NCBI GenBank assembly: GCA_944320995.1
Contig: CALUJQ010000009.1
Coordinates: 13,392-77,391 of the forward strand
DNA from: an uncultured Barnesiella sp.
GTDB lineage: Bacteria; Bacteroidota; Bacteroidia; Bacteroidales; Barnesiellaceae
Direction of reading: 5' to 3'
Length of the DNA stretch: 64,000 bases
In this document: in pieces, positions 9,749 through 19,792 of the stretch
Position numbering within the stretch: the stretch's first letter is position 1
Layout: each line of letters begins with the position of its first letter
Made by a program: the position numbers and the translations under genes
Notes under the pieces: model-generated
Told to the model about the DNA's origin: nothing
Databases searched by the model: none
The model's input: only the letters and a program-made list of their open reading frames with translations

Positions 9749-10495
9749 TTACATGTTCATACCGCCGCAGCAGTGGATCACTTGACCCGTTACATACGAC
9801 GACAAGTCCGAAGCGAGGAACGTAGCCACATTGGCCACGTCTTCGGGCGTTCCGCCACGACGCAAAGGAATCTGCTTAGCCCATTCGGCTTTCACCTCAT
9901 CGGAGAGGGCTGCCGTCATATCGGTAATGATGAAACCCGGAGCGATAGCATTGGCACGCACACCGCGCGACCCCAATTCTTTGGCGATAGATTTGGCCAA
10001 ACCGATCATACCGGCTTTCGAAGCCGAATAGTTGCATTGCCCGGCGTTACCCGATACACCTACGACCGAAGCCATATTGATAATGCTTCCGCACTTCTGT
10101 TTCATCATGATAGGCGTAACGGCGTGAACAAAATTGAAGGCCGATTTCAGGTTTACGGTCAACACCATATCCCATTGTTGCTCGGTCATACGCATCATCA
10201 ATCCGTCGCGAGTGATACCCGCATTATTCACCAAAATGTCGATGCGGCCAAAGTCTTTTACGATCTCGGACACTACATTGTGAGCCTCCTCAAAGTTAGC
10301 GGCATTCGAAGCATACCCTTTGGCTTTCACGCCATAAGCGGCAATCTCTTGTTCGGTAGCTTTTCCGTTCTCGTCGATCACGAGGTCGGTAAATGCAATA
10401 TCAGCTCCTTCCGAAGCAAACTTCAAGGCGATAGCTTTTCCGATACCCCTTGCTGCGCCGGTAATTACAGCGACTTTTCCTTCCAATAATTTCAT
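9749..10495 (-). CDS. fabG: 3-oxoacyl-[ACP] reductase
   Basis: TGAARGIG, NNAGITRD, YSASK, NAIAPGFI motifs. Confidence 0.96.
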   Translation of the reverse strand: MKLLEGKVAVITGAARGIGKAIALKFASEGADIAFTDLVIDENGKATEQEIAAYGVKAKGYASNAANFEEAHNVVSEIVKDFGRIDILVNNAGITRDGLMMRMTEQQWDMVLTVNLKSAFNFVHAVTPIMMKQKCGSIINMASVVGVSGNAGQCNYSASKAGMIGLAKSIAKELGSRGVRANAIAPGFIITDMTAALSDEVKAEWAKQIPLRRGGTPEDVANVATFLASDLSSYVTGQVIHCCGGMNM

Positions 10496-10555
10496 AATTT
10501 TCTTTTTCGTAATGCAGGGAAAGGTTTACACGCTCTCCCCTCGGTTAATATATTA

Positions 10556-11134
10556 TTATCGTTTTATTCCATATAAAATAAAATCCAATATGTAGTCTGT
10601 CAGTCTCGACCGGTCTATCCCCATCTCCGAAAAGTTATTACGGATATAAGGCACATCGAGCCCCCGCAAAGCATAGTGCAATACCGCCGCAGTAGCCGTC
10701 ACGTTGGGAATGTGAAACACCCCCTGCTCCACCCCTTCGTTGAGGATATTTCGCAAGAGAGCCTCCTCCCTCAGGTCGATACTCCGGCGTGCCTTTTCCA
10801 CCTTCCAGATATCTCTGAAAAACTCGGCCCGCAGCGTTCCGTTACGTACCACAGTCTCTTTGACAGCCTCCAAACGAATGTTGATATAGCTGAGCAATTT
10901 CTCTTCGGGAGGTAAATCCCGATTGGCCAGTCCTTCGAGCCGGGCATACAGATGTTCCGATTCCGCCTCGACCACAGCCCAGTAAATCTCATTCTTGTTT
11001 TTGAAATAGGTATAAATCGTACGACGGCCTTTCCCCGAAGCCTCGGCAATATCGTTCATCGTAGTTGCCGCTACCCCTTGACGGGCAAACAACTGGCGAG
11101 CTACATCGATAAGCAATTCCCGTGTACGAACCAT
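10556..11134 (-). CDS. TetR/AcrR family transcriptional regulator
   Basis: N-terminal HTH (ARQLFARQG..TTMNDIAEASGKGRRTIYTYF); start set at MVRTRELL. Confidence 0.92.
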   Translation of the reverse strand: MVRTRELLIDVARQLFARQGVAATTMNDIAEASGKGRRTIYTYFKNKNEIYWAVVEAESEHLYARLEGLANRDLPPEEKLLSYINIRLEAVKETVVRNGTLRAEFFRDIWKVEKARRSIDLREEALLRNILNEGVEQGVFHIPNVTATAAVLHYALRGLDVPYIRNNFSEMGIDRSRLTDYILDFILYGIKR

Positions 11135-11375
11135 AATCCTGTTTCTCCTTAGCTGCACATCTGCGCAAAACTTGTGCGAAAATACATATTTTTATCCTTA
11201 TATACCAAAGCATGCCCTTCGTTTTTTCGACCCGCCCTCCAAATCACAAACTTTAACATTGCAATAATTCATTGTAAATCAAACAACTGAACAGTAAATC
11301 GAGGAGAAGAATAAATTTCAAGCTTGAAATATTTGTTTTTTCGATTATTATCCGTACCTTTGCACTCACAAACAT

Positions 11376-11450
<75 letters not shown>

Positions 11451-11454
11451 AGGC

Positions 11455-11482
11455 AAAAGGTCGCTTGCAAGCGACCTTTTTT
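11455..11482 (+). terminator. Intrinsic terminator after tRNA-fMet
   Basis: AAAAGGTCGC-TTGCAA-GCGACCTTTT followed by Ts. Confidence 0.85.
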
Positions 11483-11699
11483 CATATCTGCCACCTTCCT
11501 GACAATTCGGCCTAATCGCCAATTCCTTCTTACATTGGCCTGCAACCATCTTCATTTCATTCCGAAACTCGCATCGGGAATGCGGGAGAGCCATGCAACA
11601 ATACCCTCATCGACACATACACTGCGGTTTCTCCTCAAATGCAACATAAACAGAGAATACACCTTTGGACAGATAGGGGAACCGTCGTAGCCCAAAAAC

Positions 11700-11737
11700 G
11701 CAGAGGGGTGTTGCCCCTCGGGACAGCACCCCTCTGC
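11700..11737 (-). terminator. Hairpin downstream of the SPOR gene
   Basis: GCAGAGGGGTG...CACCCCTCTGC perfect 11-bp stem; A-tract at about 11694-11698 gives a U-tract on the minus strand. Confidence 0.7.
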
Positions 11738-11758
11738 ATATCTGATAAACAATGATTT

Positions 11759-12232
11759 TTACTTGTTAATCAAGAACCAAGCATCGGTAAATTGCGGGTA
11801 CTTGGCTTGCAAAGCCTCGCGAGCCTGTACGGCGGCGGGACGGTTGTCGAACGAGCAGGCAACCACACGGTACCACCCTTCGGCATTTTGAGCCAGTATG
11901 GCAGGATAGCCATCTTCGCGCAAACGCTCGCAAAGACTTTGAGCATTGAGGCGTTGGCGGAAACTACCCACGATTACATTATACGCATTGAGCGAAGCTC
12001 CGTTAGCATCGACTACGTTGAGGCGTTCGCTCTGTTCCCGCACGGGAGCCGTGGTCGAGGGTGTCGTTGCCACAGGTTGCTCCACGACCGGTGCAGGCGT
12101 AGGAGCCGGTTCTTCTATTTTTTTCTCTTGGGCCTTTTCGTAAGCGGCTTTGTAGGCGCTTTGACTCGACTTACATGAAGCCATTCCGGCGATTAACAAA
12201 AGGGATAATCCCCAAATCAAATTCTTTCTCAT
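11759..12232 (-). CDS. SPOR-domain lipoprotein
   Basis: Lipobox-like AGMASC; Pro/Thr linker; YNVIVGSF..NA..L..GY..WYRVVACSF SPOR pattern; start set at MRKNLIW. Confidence 0.9.
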   Translation of the reverse strand: MRKNLIWGLSLLLIAGMASCKSSQSAYKAAYEKAQEKKIEEPAPTPAPVVEQPVATTPSTTAPVREQSERLNVVDANGASLNAYNVIVGSFRQRLNAQSLCERLREDGYPAILAQNAEGWYRVVACSFDNRPAAVQAREALQAKYPQFTDAWFLINK

Positions 12233-12391
12233 AAAGTATTTATTTTTCAAATATTTGTTCGATTTTTTTTCTTCCCAACGAAGACGGTACAAATGTAACA
12301 AATAAACTTTATTACCGAAACCAATCTTGTAAAATTAAAAATATTATTTATCGAACTTTTCTTTCTCTAACCCATATCTGCGCGGTTTGGT

Positions 12392-13519
12392 TCACAAAAC
12401 CCCTTTGGTAGAGGGCAACCGGTTATCGGTAATATCGCGTTTCACCGCCATTTTCAAAGCCCGGGCCAACGCTTTGAAGATTCCCTCGATTTTGTGGTGT
12501 TCGTTTGCCCCTTCGGCTGCAATATGGAGGTTGATACGTGCCGAATCGCTGAACGATTTGAAGAAATGGTAAAACATTTCGGTGGGCATGTCGCCTATCT
12601 TCTCGCGGTGGAAATCGGCCTTCCACACCAGCCACGGCCGGCCGCCGAAATCGAGGGCGACACGGCAAAAGGCATCGTCCATGGGCAACGAAAAGCCATA
12701 ACGGGCGATTCCCCGCTTATCGCCCAAGGCCCGGGCAAAAGCCTCGCCCAGCACGATAGCCGTATCCTCGATTGTGTGGTGTTCGTCGATTTGCAAATCG
12801 CCATTCACCGTAACGGTAAGATCGGCTCCGGAATGACGTCCCAACTGGTCGAGCATGTGGTCGAAAAATCCCAGCCCGGTGTGAATGTCGGTGCGGCCCG
12901 TACCGTCGAGATTCAGAGCGACGTGTACGCAAGTTTCGCTTGTCTGCCGGTCAACCGTAGCCCGCCGGGTCCCGGCGCACAATATCTCGGCCACCTTCCA
13001 CCAATCGTCGGTCACCGCCTCGCATACCGAGCCCAATCCGGCAGCCTCCACCTCGGAGACTCCCCGTTCAGCAGGGGCGAAATAGATGGCTTTGCAACCC
13101 AAATTGGCCGCCAGTTGCACATCGGTGAGGCGGTCGCCTATCACATAGGAGTGTTCCAAATCATACTCCCCGGTCACATACCGGGTGAGCATGGCCGTAC
13201 CCGGTTTGCGTGTAGGAAGATTCTCTTCGGGCAGGGAAACGTCGATACACACTTCGTCGAAACGGATTCCCTCATTTTCAAAGGCCTGTATGATTTTCTG
13301 CTGTGCCGGCCAAAACGTCTCGGCCGGGAACGACGCGCTACCCATGCCGTCTTGATTGGTCACCATCACCCATTCGAAATCGAGACGGGCGGCCACATAG
13401 GCCAAACTTTGGAATACTTTGGGCACAAATTCCAGTTTATCGAGCGAATCGATTTGATAATCTACGGGAGGCTCCACCACCAGTGTACCGTCCCTGTCGA
13501 TAAAAAGCACTCTTTTCAT
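12392..13519 (-). CDS. hisB: Bifunctional histidinol-phosphatase / imidazoleglycerol-phosphate dehydratase
   Basis: FIDRDGT HAD domain fused to [21 protein letters not shown]. Confidence 0.96.
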   Translation of the reverse strand: MKRVLFIDRDGTLVVEPPVDYQIDSLDKLEFVPKVFQSLAYVAARLDFEWVMVTNQDGMGSASFPAETFWPAQQKIIQAFENEGIRFDEVCIDVSLPEENLPTRKPGTAMLTRYVTGEYDLEHSYVIGDRLTDVQLAANLGCKAIYFAPAERGVSEVEAAGLGSVCEAVTDDWWKVAEILCAGTRRATVDRQTSETCVHVALNLDGTGRTDIHTGLGFFDHMLDQLGRHSGADLTVTVNGDLQIDEHHTIEDTAIVLGEAFARALGDKRGIARYGFSLPMDDAFCRVALDFGGRPWLVWKADFHREKIGDMPTEMFYHFFKSFSDSARINLHIAAEGANEHHKIEGIFKALARALKMAVKRDITDNRLPSTKGVL

Positions 13520-14577
13520 AATTTCACGGATTGGCTGTAACGGCGCAGGGCCTCCATCAAAATATCCATTTCGCCGGCCGCCCCGACCGTGATACGCAGA
13601 CAGTTACCACACAAGGCTACCGAAGAGCGGTTACGCACCACAATGCCCTCGGCCACCAACCACTCATATATGGCCGGGGCATTGTCCATACGCACCAGCA
13701 CAAAATTGGCATCGGTCGGATAGATCTTCACGACAACGGGGAGTTCCTCCAAACGCTCGATGAAGAGAGCCCGTACCGTTAAAATCTCGTCAACCCAACT
13801 GCGTACCTCCCCCTCACGGTCGAGCAGGTCGAGGGCATACCGTTGCACCGGCGCGCTAATGTTATAGGGGTACTTCACCTTGTTGTAGTAACCGATCACA
13901 GAAGGCGACGCGAATGCCATTCCCAACCGCACCCCGGCACTGCCCCACGCCTTCGAGAAGGTTTGCAGTACGACCAAGTTGGGGAATTCGTCCAACCGGC
14001 GTAGCCAAGAGGGGTGCGACGAAAAGTCGATATAAGCCTCATCGACCACCACGATACCGTCGAAAGCGGTAATGAGCCGCTCGATTTCGCCTGCGGGAAA
14101 GGCGTTGCCGGTCGGGTTGTTGGGAGAGCAAAGGAATAGCAGCCGACTGTCGGAATCGACCGCTGCCTCCAAGGCCTCGACATCCAACGAAAAGTCGTCG
14201 TGCAAGGGAACTTCGCGGTACTCCACCCCGTTGATGTCGGCGCAAACCTTATACATGCCATAGGTAGGGACTATCGAAACGGCATTGTTTTTCCCGGGTT
14301 CGCAAAAGATACGATACAACAAATCTATCGCCTCGTCGCTCCCCACCCCGAGAAAGATCTGGTCGGGACGCACACCCCGCTGTCGGGCCAGCCTGTTTTT
14401 CAGCGTTGTCTGCAACGGGTCGGGATAACGGTTATATGGGGCATTGAAAGGACTTTCGTTCGCATCGAGCCACACCGAAGCCTCGCCCGAGAACTCGTTT
14501 CGAGCCGAAGAATAGGGTTTCAGTTGCCGGATATTGGGACGCACCCACTGGTCTATCTGTTTCATATCGTTTTTCAT
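13516..14577 (-). CDS. hisC: Histidinol-phosphate aminotransferase
   Basis: LDANESP, RYPDP, GSDEAID, SPNNPTG, DEAY, TFSKAWG motifs. Confidence 0.96.
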   Translation of the reverse strand: MKNDMKQIDQWVRPNIRQLKPYSSARNEFSGEASVWLDANESPFNAPYNRYPDPLQTTLKNRLARQRGVRPDQIFLGVGSDEAIDLLYRIFCEPGKNNAVSIVPTYGMYKVCADINGVEYREVPLHDDFSLDVEALEAAVDSDSRLLFLCSPNNPTGNAFPAGEIERLITAFDGIVVVDEAYIDFSSHPSWLRRLDEFPNLVVLQTFSKAWGSAGVRLGMAFASPSVIGYYNKVKYPYNISAPVQRYALDLLDREGEVRSWVDEILTVRALFIERLEELPVVVKIYPTDANFVLVRMDNAPAIYEWLVAEGIVVRNRSSVALCGNCLRITVGAAGEMDILMEALRRYSQSVKL

Positions 14578-14579
14578 TT

Positions 14580-15872
14580 TTAGGATTTCATCGTTTGCAA
14601 CCGTATGGCGACAGCCTCTTTATGAGCGTCCAGCCATTCGGCTTCGGCCATCGTTTCGATTACAGGGCCAAGGTTTTTCAACCCCTCGGGCGAAATCTGC
14701 TGGAATGTAATCTTACGGGTAAAACTGTCGAGGTTCACCCCGCTGTATGCCCGGGCATAACCGCTCGTGGGAAGGGTGTGATTGGTGCCCGAAGCATAAT
14801 CGCCGGCACTCTCGGGCGTATAATAGCCCAAAAATACCGACCCGGCATTGACCACGCCCGCCGCCCATGTCTCGGCGTCGGCCCGGTGGACAATCAAGTG
14901 TTCGGGGGCATAAGCGTTGACAAAATCGAGTTGTTCCTGTTCCCCGTCGAGCAGGACGACCGCACTGTGGACGAGCGACTTGTCTATCCATTCGCGCCGG
15001 GGCAAGCGGCTCGCCTGCCGTTCGATCTCGTCCGGCAGGGCCTCGGCAATCGCCTTGTCGGCCGTCACCAGTATCGACTGGCTGTCGGCGCCATGCTCGG
15101 CTTGCGAAAGGAAATCGGCGGCGAGGAAACGCACATCGGCGCCCGAGTCGGCCACCACCATTACCTCCGACGGACCTGCCGGCATATCGATAGCCACCCC
15201 TTGAATCTGCATCTGCTGTTTAGCCTCCATAACAAAGGGATTACCGGGCCCAAAAATCTTATATACCCGCGGCACGCTCTCCGTCCCGAAAGCCATCGCC
15301 CCGATAGCCTGCACACCTCCCAATTTAAACACTCGATCCACACCGGTCTCGCGGGCGGCATACAGGATAGCCGGCGCTATCTTCCCGTCTCGTCCGGGAG
15401 GAGTACACATCACCACCTCCCGACAACCGGCCAACCGCGCAGGTATCGCCAACATCAACACCGTGGAAAAGAGCGGGGCCGTACCCCCCGGCACATAGAT
15501 ACCCACACGCTCGATACCCACCGGTTTCTGCCAGCACCATACGCCGGGAGTAGTCTCGACTTTCCGAACATCGATGGCTTGCGACGCGTGAAATTTGCGT
15601 ATATTCTCAATCGCTCGGCTTATCGCCTCTTTCAAGACATCGGGGACCGATGCTGCCGCCTCTTCCATCTCTCGGGGAGTTACCCGAAAAGAGTTCAAAT
15701 CGACACCGTCGAATTGCCGTTCATAGCGTTTCAACGCTGAGTCACCTTCACTTCTTATCGACTCCAAAATCTCGCTTACGGTCTGTGTCAACGACGACAA
15801 ATCAATCGTCGAACGGGAGATAATATCCTCCCACTCGCTTCGTTGCGGATACCGCCATACCTTTACTGCCAT
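14580..15872 (-). CDS. hisD: Histidinol dehydrogenase
   Basis: YVPGGTAPLFS, IDMPAGPSE, SQAEH, PEHL, GDYASGTNHTLPT motifs. Confidence 0.97.
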   Translation of the reverse strand: MAVKVWRYPQRSEWEDIISRSTIDLSSLTQTVSEILESIRSEGDSALKRYERQFDGVDLNSFRVTPREMEEAAASVPDVLKEAISRAIENIRKFHASQAIDVRKVETTPGVWCWQKPVGIERVGIYVPGGTAPLFSTVLMLAIPARLAGCREVVMCTPPGRDGKIAPAILYAARETGVDRVFKLGGVQAIGAMAFGTESVPRVYKIFGPGNPFVMEAKQQMQIQGVAIDMPAGPSEVMVVADSGADVRFLAADFLSQAEHGADSQSILVTADKAIAEALPDEIERQASRLPRREWIDKSLVHSAVVLLDGEQEQLDFVNAYAPEHLIVHRADAETWAAGVVNAGSVFLGYYTPESAGDYASGTNHTLPTSGYARAYSGVNLDSFTRKITFQQISPEGLKNLGPVIETMAEAEWLDAHKEAVAIRLQTMKS

Positions 15873-15873
15873 A

Positions 15874-16725
15874 CTACAAAATCATCTTTTCTATGTCCAA
15901 CACCAATATACCCTCGGCTCCGGCTGCTTTCAACCGATTGAGAATCTTCCAAAACCGTTTCTCGTCGAGAACCGTATGCACCGAACACCAATTCTTATCG
16001 GCCAACGGCATGACCGTAGGGCTCTTTATCCCCGGCAATACCGACAGGACCTCATCGAGTTTCACCTGCGGCACATTCATAAGGATATATTTTTTGTCAT
16101 CGGCAACTTGTACCGATTCGAACCGGAACAGCAACTCATCGAGGATCTCCCGCTTTTCGGCCGAGATAGAATCGCTGCCTATCAATACAGCCTCCGACTC
16201 CACGACTTGCTCGACCTCCATCAACCGGTTGCTCACCAGCGTACTGCCCGAACTGACAATATCGAATATCGCGTCGGCCAGCCGAATGCCGGGAGCAATC
16301 TCTACCGACCCGGTAATCACATGTATATCGGCCTTGATACCGTTCCGGTTCAGGTAATCCGAGAGGATACCGGGATACGACGTGGCGATTTTCTTCCCCG
16401 TGAACCACTCCTTGCCGGGGTAATCTATATCCTGCGGTATGGCCAGTGAAAGACGGCATTTGCCGAATCCCAGTTTTTTCAAGACATTCACTGAACTATG
16501 TTTTTCCAACACTTCGTTCAACCCGACAATACCCACATCGGCTACCCCCGAGGCTACCGATTCGGGTATATCGTCGTCGCGCAGGAACAATACCTCGACC
16601 GGGAAATTCCGGGCCGGGACCAACAGGGTTCTCTTTCCTCCCGGGATCTTTATCCCGGCTTCTTCCAACAAAGCCATCGACTCCTCGTAAAGCCGACCTT
16701 TCGACTGAATGGCAATTCTCAACAT
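15874..16725 (-). CDS. hisG: ATP phosphoribosyltransferase (long form)
   Basis: MLRIAIQSKGRL, LRDDDIP, IATSYP, GSVEIAP, DIVSSGSTL; C-terminal regulatory domain. Confidence 0.97.
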   Translation of the reverse strand: MLRIAIQSKGRLYEESMALLEEAGIKIPGGKRTLLVPARNFPVEVLFLRDDDIPESVASGVADVGIVGLNEVLEKHSSVNVLKKLGFGKCRLSLAIPQDIDYPGKEWFTGKKIATSYPGILSDYLNRNGIKADIHVITGSVEIAPGIRLADAIFDIVSSGSTLVSNRLMEVEQVVESEAVLIGSDSISAEKREILDELLFRFESVQVADDKKYILMNVPQVKLDEVLSVLPGIKSPTVMPLADKNWCSVHTVLDEKRFWKILNRLKAAGAEGILVLDIEKMIL

Positions 16726-16755
16726 AATATCTATACTTCTAATGTTTTCCAAACT

Positions 16756-16828
16756 AAAAAAGGCCTACCGCGCGCACGACGGTAAGCCTCCTTATATTTT
16801 CCCTCCATGTTTACACACACTCACCGTC
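16756..16828 (-). promoter_or_regulatory. His attenuator terminator/antiterminator
   Basis: Terminator AGGCTTACCG-TCGTGCGCG-CGGTAGGCCT followed by a T-run (16790-16756). GACGGTGAG (16828-16820) can pair with CTTACCGTC (16786-16778) as an antiterminator. Confidence 0.85.
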
Positions 16829-16880
16829 CCTTCGGGAAAAAGGAATGTACGTGATGATGATGTAAAAATAGAGCTGTCAT
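16821..16880 (-). CDS. hisL: his operon leader peptide MTALFLHHHHVHSFFPKGR
   Basis: ATG at 16880, five His codons (CAT CAT CAT CAC GTA CAT), TGA at 16823-16821; -7 box TATATTTG at 16912-16905. Confidence 0.88.
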   Translation of the reverse strand: MTALFLHHHHVHSFFPKGR

Positions 16881-17005
16881 TTCTCTCGACGGTTAATTTT
16901 TCAGCAAATATAGGCTATTAAAAACAAATTACAAACTTTTTACCCGAATTTCTTTCAAAAATTTATTTTAATCTCTTTTTTTATAACACTCCTATCGTCT
17001 ATTCA

Positions 17006-18022
17006 TTACAAGAAAAGAGATACGGTCCAATAAATACCCGCCGCCAACAAGGCACTCACGGGAATCGTGAGAATCCATGCCACCCAAAGGCTTTGGGTAA
17101 CCCCCCAACGCACGGCCGACAAGCGTTTGGTCGCGCCTACGCCGATAATGGCACCTGTAATCGTGTGGGTCGTGCTCACCGGTATTTTCAGGATTTCGGT
17201 CAGATAGAGGGTAAACGCACCGGCCGTTTCGGCAATGACCCCTTCGAGAGGGGTCACCTTCGTAATCTTGGTTCCCATCGTTTTGACGATCTTCCACCCG
17301 CCCGACATCGTACCCAGCGAAATGGCGGTAAAACACGAAAAGGCCACCCAGTCGGGCAGGTCGGCAATGCTGTTTATGCCCATGCCCAGCCCCATCGAGT
17401 GGGCGGCAATCATGGCCGCGGCGATGATTCCCATCACCTTTTGCGAGTCGTTCAGCCCGTGGCCGACACTGAACATCGCCGACGATACCAGTTGCAACCG
17501 TTTGAACCATACTTCGGCTTTATGCGGCTGAGCCTTACGGCAAATGTGAAGCACCAATATCGTAAACCCGAAAGCCACGACCATACCGATAAAAGGGGCT
17601 AAAAAGATAAAAGCGGCGATTTTCAGGATTATATTGAGCTGTATCGCCTCAAACCCGCTCGCCATGATGGCCGCGCCGGCAAAACCGCCGATCAGGGTAT
17701 GCGACGACGACGAAGGAATCCCTTTCCACCACGTAATCAAGTTCCAAATAATCGCGGCGATAACCCCCGACAAGATGATGGGCAACGTGATAAACTCCTC
17801 GACCACCGTCTTGGAAACGGTATTGGCTATGCCAAAACCTCCGATAATGTATTTGGCTATAAAAAAGGCGACAAAATTGAAAAAGGCCGCCCACAGTACC
17901 GCCTGAAACGGGGTAAGCACCTTCGTCGAGACAATGGTCGCTATCGAGTTGGCCGCATCGTGAAACCCGTTGATGAAGTCAAACAACAGCGCCAATACAA
18001 TGATAATAATCAACAACTCCAT
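17006..18022 (-). CDS. PiT family inorganic phosphate transporter
   Basis: Both PiT signatures, GFHDAANS and GHGLNDSQK; PSSSSH, PVSTTH. Confidence 0.95.
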   Translation of the reverse strand: MELLIIIIVLALLFDFINGFHDAANSIATIVSTKVLTPFQAVLWAAFFNFVAFFIAKYIIGGFGIANTVSKTVVEEFITLPIILSGVIAAIIWNLITWWKGIPSSSSHTLIGGFAGAAIMASGFEAIQLNIILKIAAFIFLAPFIGMVVAFGFTILVLHICRKAQPHKAEVWFKRLQLVSSAMFSVGHGLNDSQKVMGIIAAAMIAAHSMGLGMGINSIADLPDWVAFSCFTAISLGTMSGGWKIVKTMGTKITKVTPLEGVIAETAGAFTLYLTEILKIPVSTTHTITGAIIGVGATKRLSAVRWGVTQSLWVAWILTIPVSALLAAGIYWTVSLFL

Positions 18023-18037
18023 TGTTCAATCCACGGG

Positions 18038-18685
18038 TTAGGCATATTTCACAATCAGCGTTCGCAAGATCTTGCCCACACGCTCGGCCGCATCGGTCGT
18101 CTTCTCCAAGATCTGCATAATCTCCTTGATTTTTATAATCTCTATGCAATCCTGTTCCTCCTCGAAGAGTTTGGTTATAAAGAGTTCATACACGTCGTCG
18201 GCATGATTCTCGATGTCGTGCAAGCGCACGCAATACTCCCGCAAGGCCGAGGGGTCTTTCCGGAATCTATCGAGTTCGTCCATGGCCTTGCAAATATAGT
18301 CCGACTCCTCCTGCACCAACAAGCTCAACTCCTTTCCACTCGCGCCGATAGGACGCGGGTTGTAAATCGAGATACGCTTGGCACAACTGTTTATCCCGTC
18401 GATCACATCGTCCATGTGCGAGGCCAAGGCCTGAATATCTTCCCTGTCGAACGGCGTAATGAAGGTCGTGCCCAATTCGTCGAATATCAGGTGCGACAGG
18501 CGGTCGCCCTCCCGTTCCAAATCTTTAATCTTTTTATAATAGACCGAACGCTCCTCCGGTTTATCGTGCTCCATACTTTCCACCAAAACCGCCGACGCCG
18601 AAACCAACACCTCCGAAAGTTGTTTCAGCAGCGGGAAAAACTTAGGCTCCCGGGGGGTAAAGCGGCTAAAAAAAGAATTTTTCAT
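18038..18685 (-). CDS. DUF47 (PhoU-like) phosphate transport accessory protein
   Basis: LEREGD, FITPFDREDI..LA..MDDVID; co-oriented with the PiT gene. Confidence 0.92.
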   Translation of the reverse strand: MKNSFFSRFTPREPKFFPLLKQLSEVLVSASAVLVESMEHDKPEERSVYYKKIKDLEREGDRLSHLIFDELGTTFITPFDREDIQALASHMDDVIDGINSCAKRISIYNPRPIGASGKELSLLVQEESDYICKAMDELDRFRKDPSALREYCVRLHDIENHADDVYELFITKLFEEEQDCIEIIKIKEIMQILEKTTDAAERVGKILRTLIVKYA

Positions 18686-18955
18686 AAATATATATGTTTC
18701 CTGTAATTATTGCTATTTCTCATAGCCCTATTCCCCGCTTCGTGGGGAGAGATCATACGCTGTATTTTTCATCGCCACAAAGATAACGGAAGAGAAAAAA
18801 CAATCATATTACATTTATTTTAAATTTCTCATTCTCTCAATTTATAACAAACCTAATGTCCGAATGTTCTTTTTCCTCCGCTACACACCATCGGGGAGCA
18901 GCCAAACTTTTGGGCTGCCTTTATTTTTCTATTTTAATTTAGGCAGGCCGTTTTC

Positions 18956-19505
18956 GTCATTCCACGCTGCGACGGTTCTGTCATTCCGCACTTGACGCGG
19001 AATCCATGAATACCGGCAGGAGTACCCGCAAATGAATGCCTCGCCTTCCCCCACGCTGGACCCCGCATCGGGTGCGGGGTGACACGCTCCCTTTTATGTT
19101 CATTCTTCTCAATAGCGAGAAGAACGAACCAAGAAGCGCCACCGCTGTTATCGGGCTTCCTCGCTCGGAGGCTGGCGTCGCCCTCGGGGGCTGCGGAACT
19201 CGCTGCACTCAAACAGTCCTCGCCCGTTTTCCTCGGTCGGCTGGCCTCCTCCCGGCCCGATAAAGGCGGGTTGGTCCTTTGCGACCCCACGCTTGCGGCC
19301 CTACACAAGAGGCACTTCACTGGACCCCGCCGTCTCGGTCATTCCGCACTTGATGCGGAATCCATGAATACCGGCAGGAGGATTGTCCTTTGCGGCCCTA
19401 CGCAAGAGGCACTTTCTGGACCCCGCATCGAGTGCGGGGTGACATGGTGCGCATCGAGGTGCGGGGTAACCACCTATGTCATAACGCGCTACGACGCGGT
19501 ATCTC
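18956..19505. repeat. REP-like palindrome cluster: two inverted doublets flanking a nested-hairpin element
   Basis: GTCATTCCGCACTTGAYGCGGAATCC at 18980-19005 and 19338-19363; inverted variants GGACCCCGCATCGRGTGCGGGGTGAC at 19058-19083 and 19418-19443. Confidence 0.85.
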
Positions 19506-19792
19506 CACGAACGTACCGCCGAGCGTCAGCGATTCGCCCTTCCCTCGAAGAGAAGCAGATCGCAAAAAACAACCCGGATAGAGCAAAGATAAAACAAAAA
19601 ATGAGGATTATAATATTATAAGAATAAAAATGTAAATTTCCTCGATAATATTGATAAAAATTGTTTTCTCCTCACTTCATAACCCCATAAAAATTCTCGA
19701 GGAGATCACCTAACAATCTTGATAAAAGCCGAATGGGGCACAAAAAAATTTTCGATTCTCTATTCATTGCCTATCTTTGCAACAATAAACCT

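Noticed and set aside
12494-15740. Long plus-strand ORFs opposite his, PiT, hyp, rha and trpS genes (e.g. 12494..13540, 14595..15740, 17699..18706, 22185..23291, 59050..60132)
   Set aside because: Antisense mirrors of well-supported genes with biased codon usage; no recognisable motifs.
12392-16725. Incomplete his operon (no hisH, hisA, hisF, hisIE)
   Set aside because: Split his clusters are ordinary in Bacteroidales; the remaining genes are probably elsewhere.
18934-19621. ORFs 18934..19320, 19036..19263, 19079..19621, 54586..55230 and similar
   Set aside because: Translations of palindromic repeats; the same peptide (WTPHRVRGD) recurs wherever the REP occurs.
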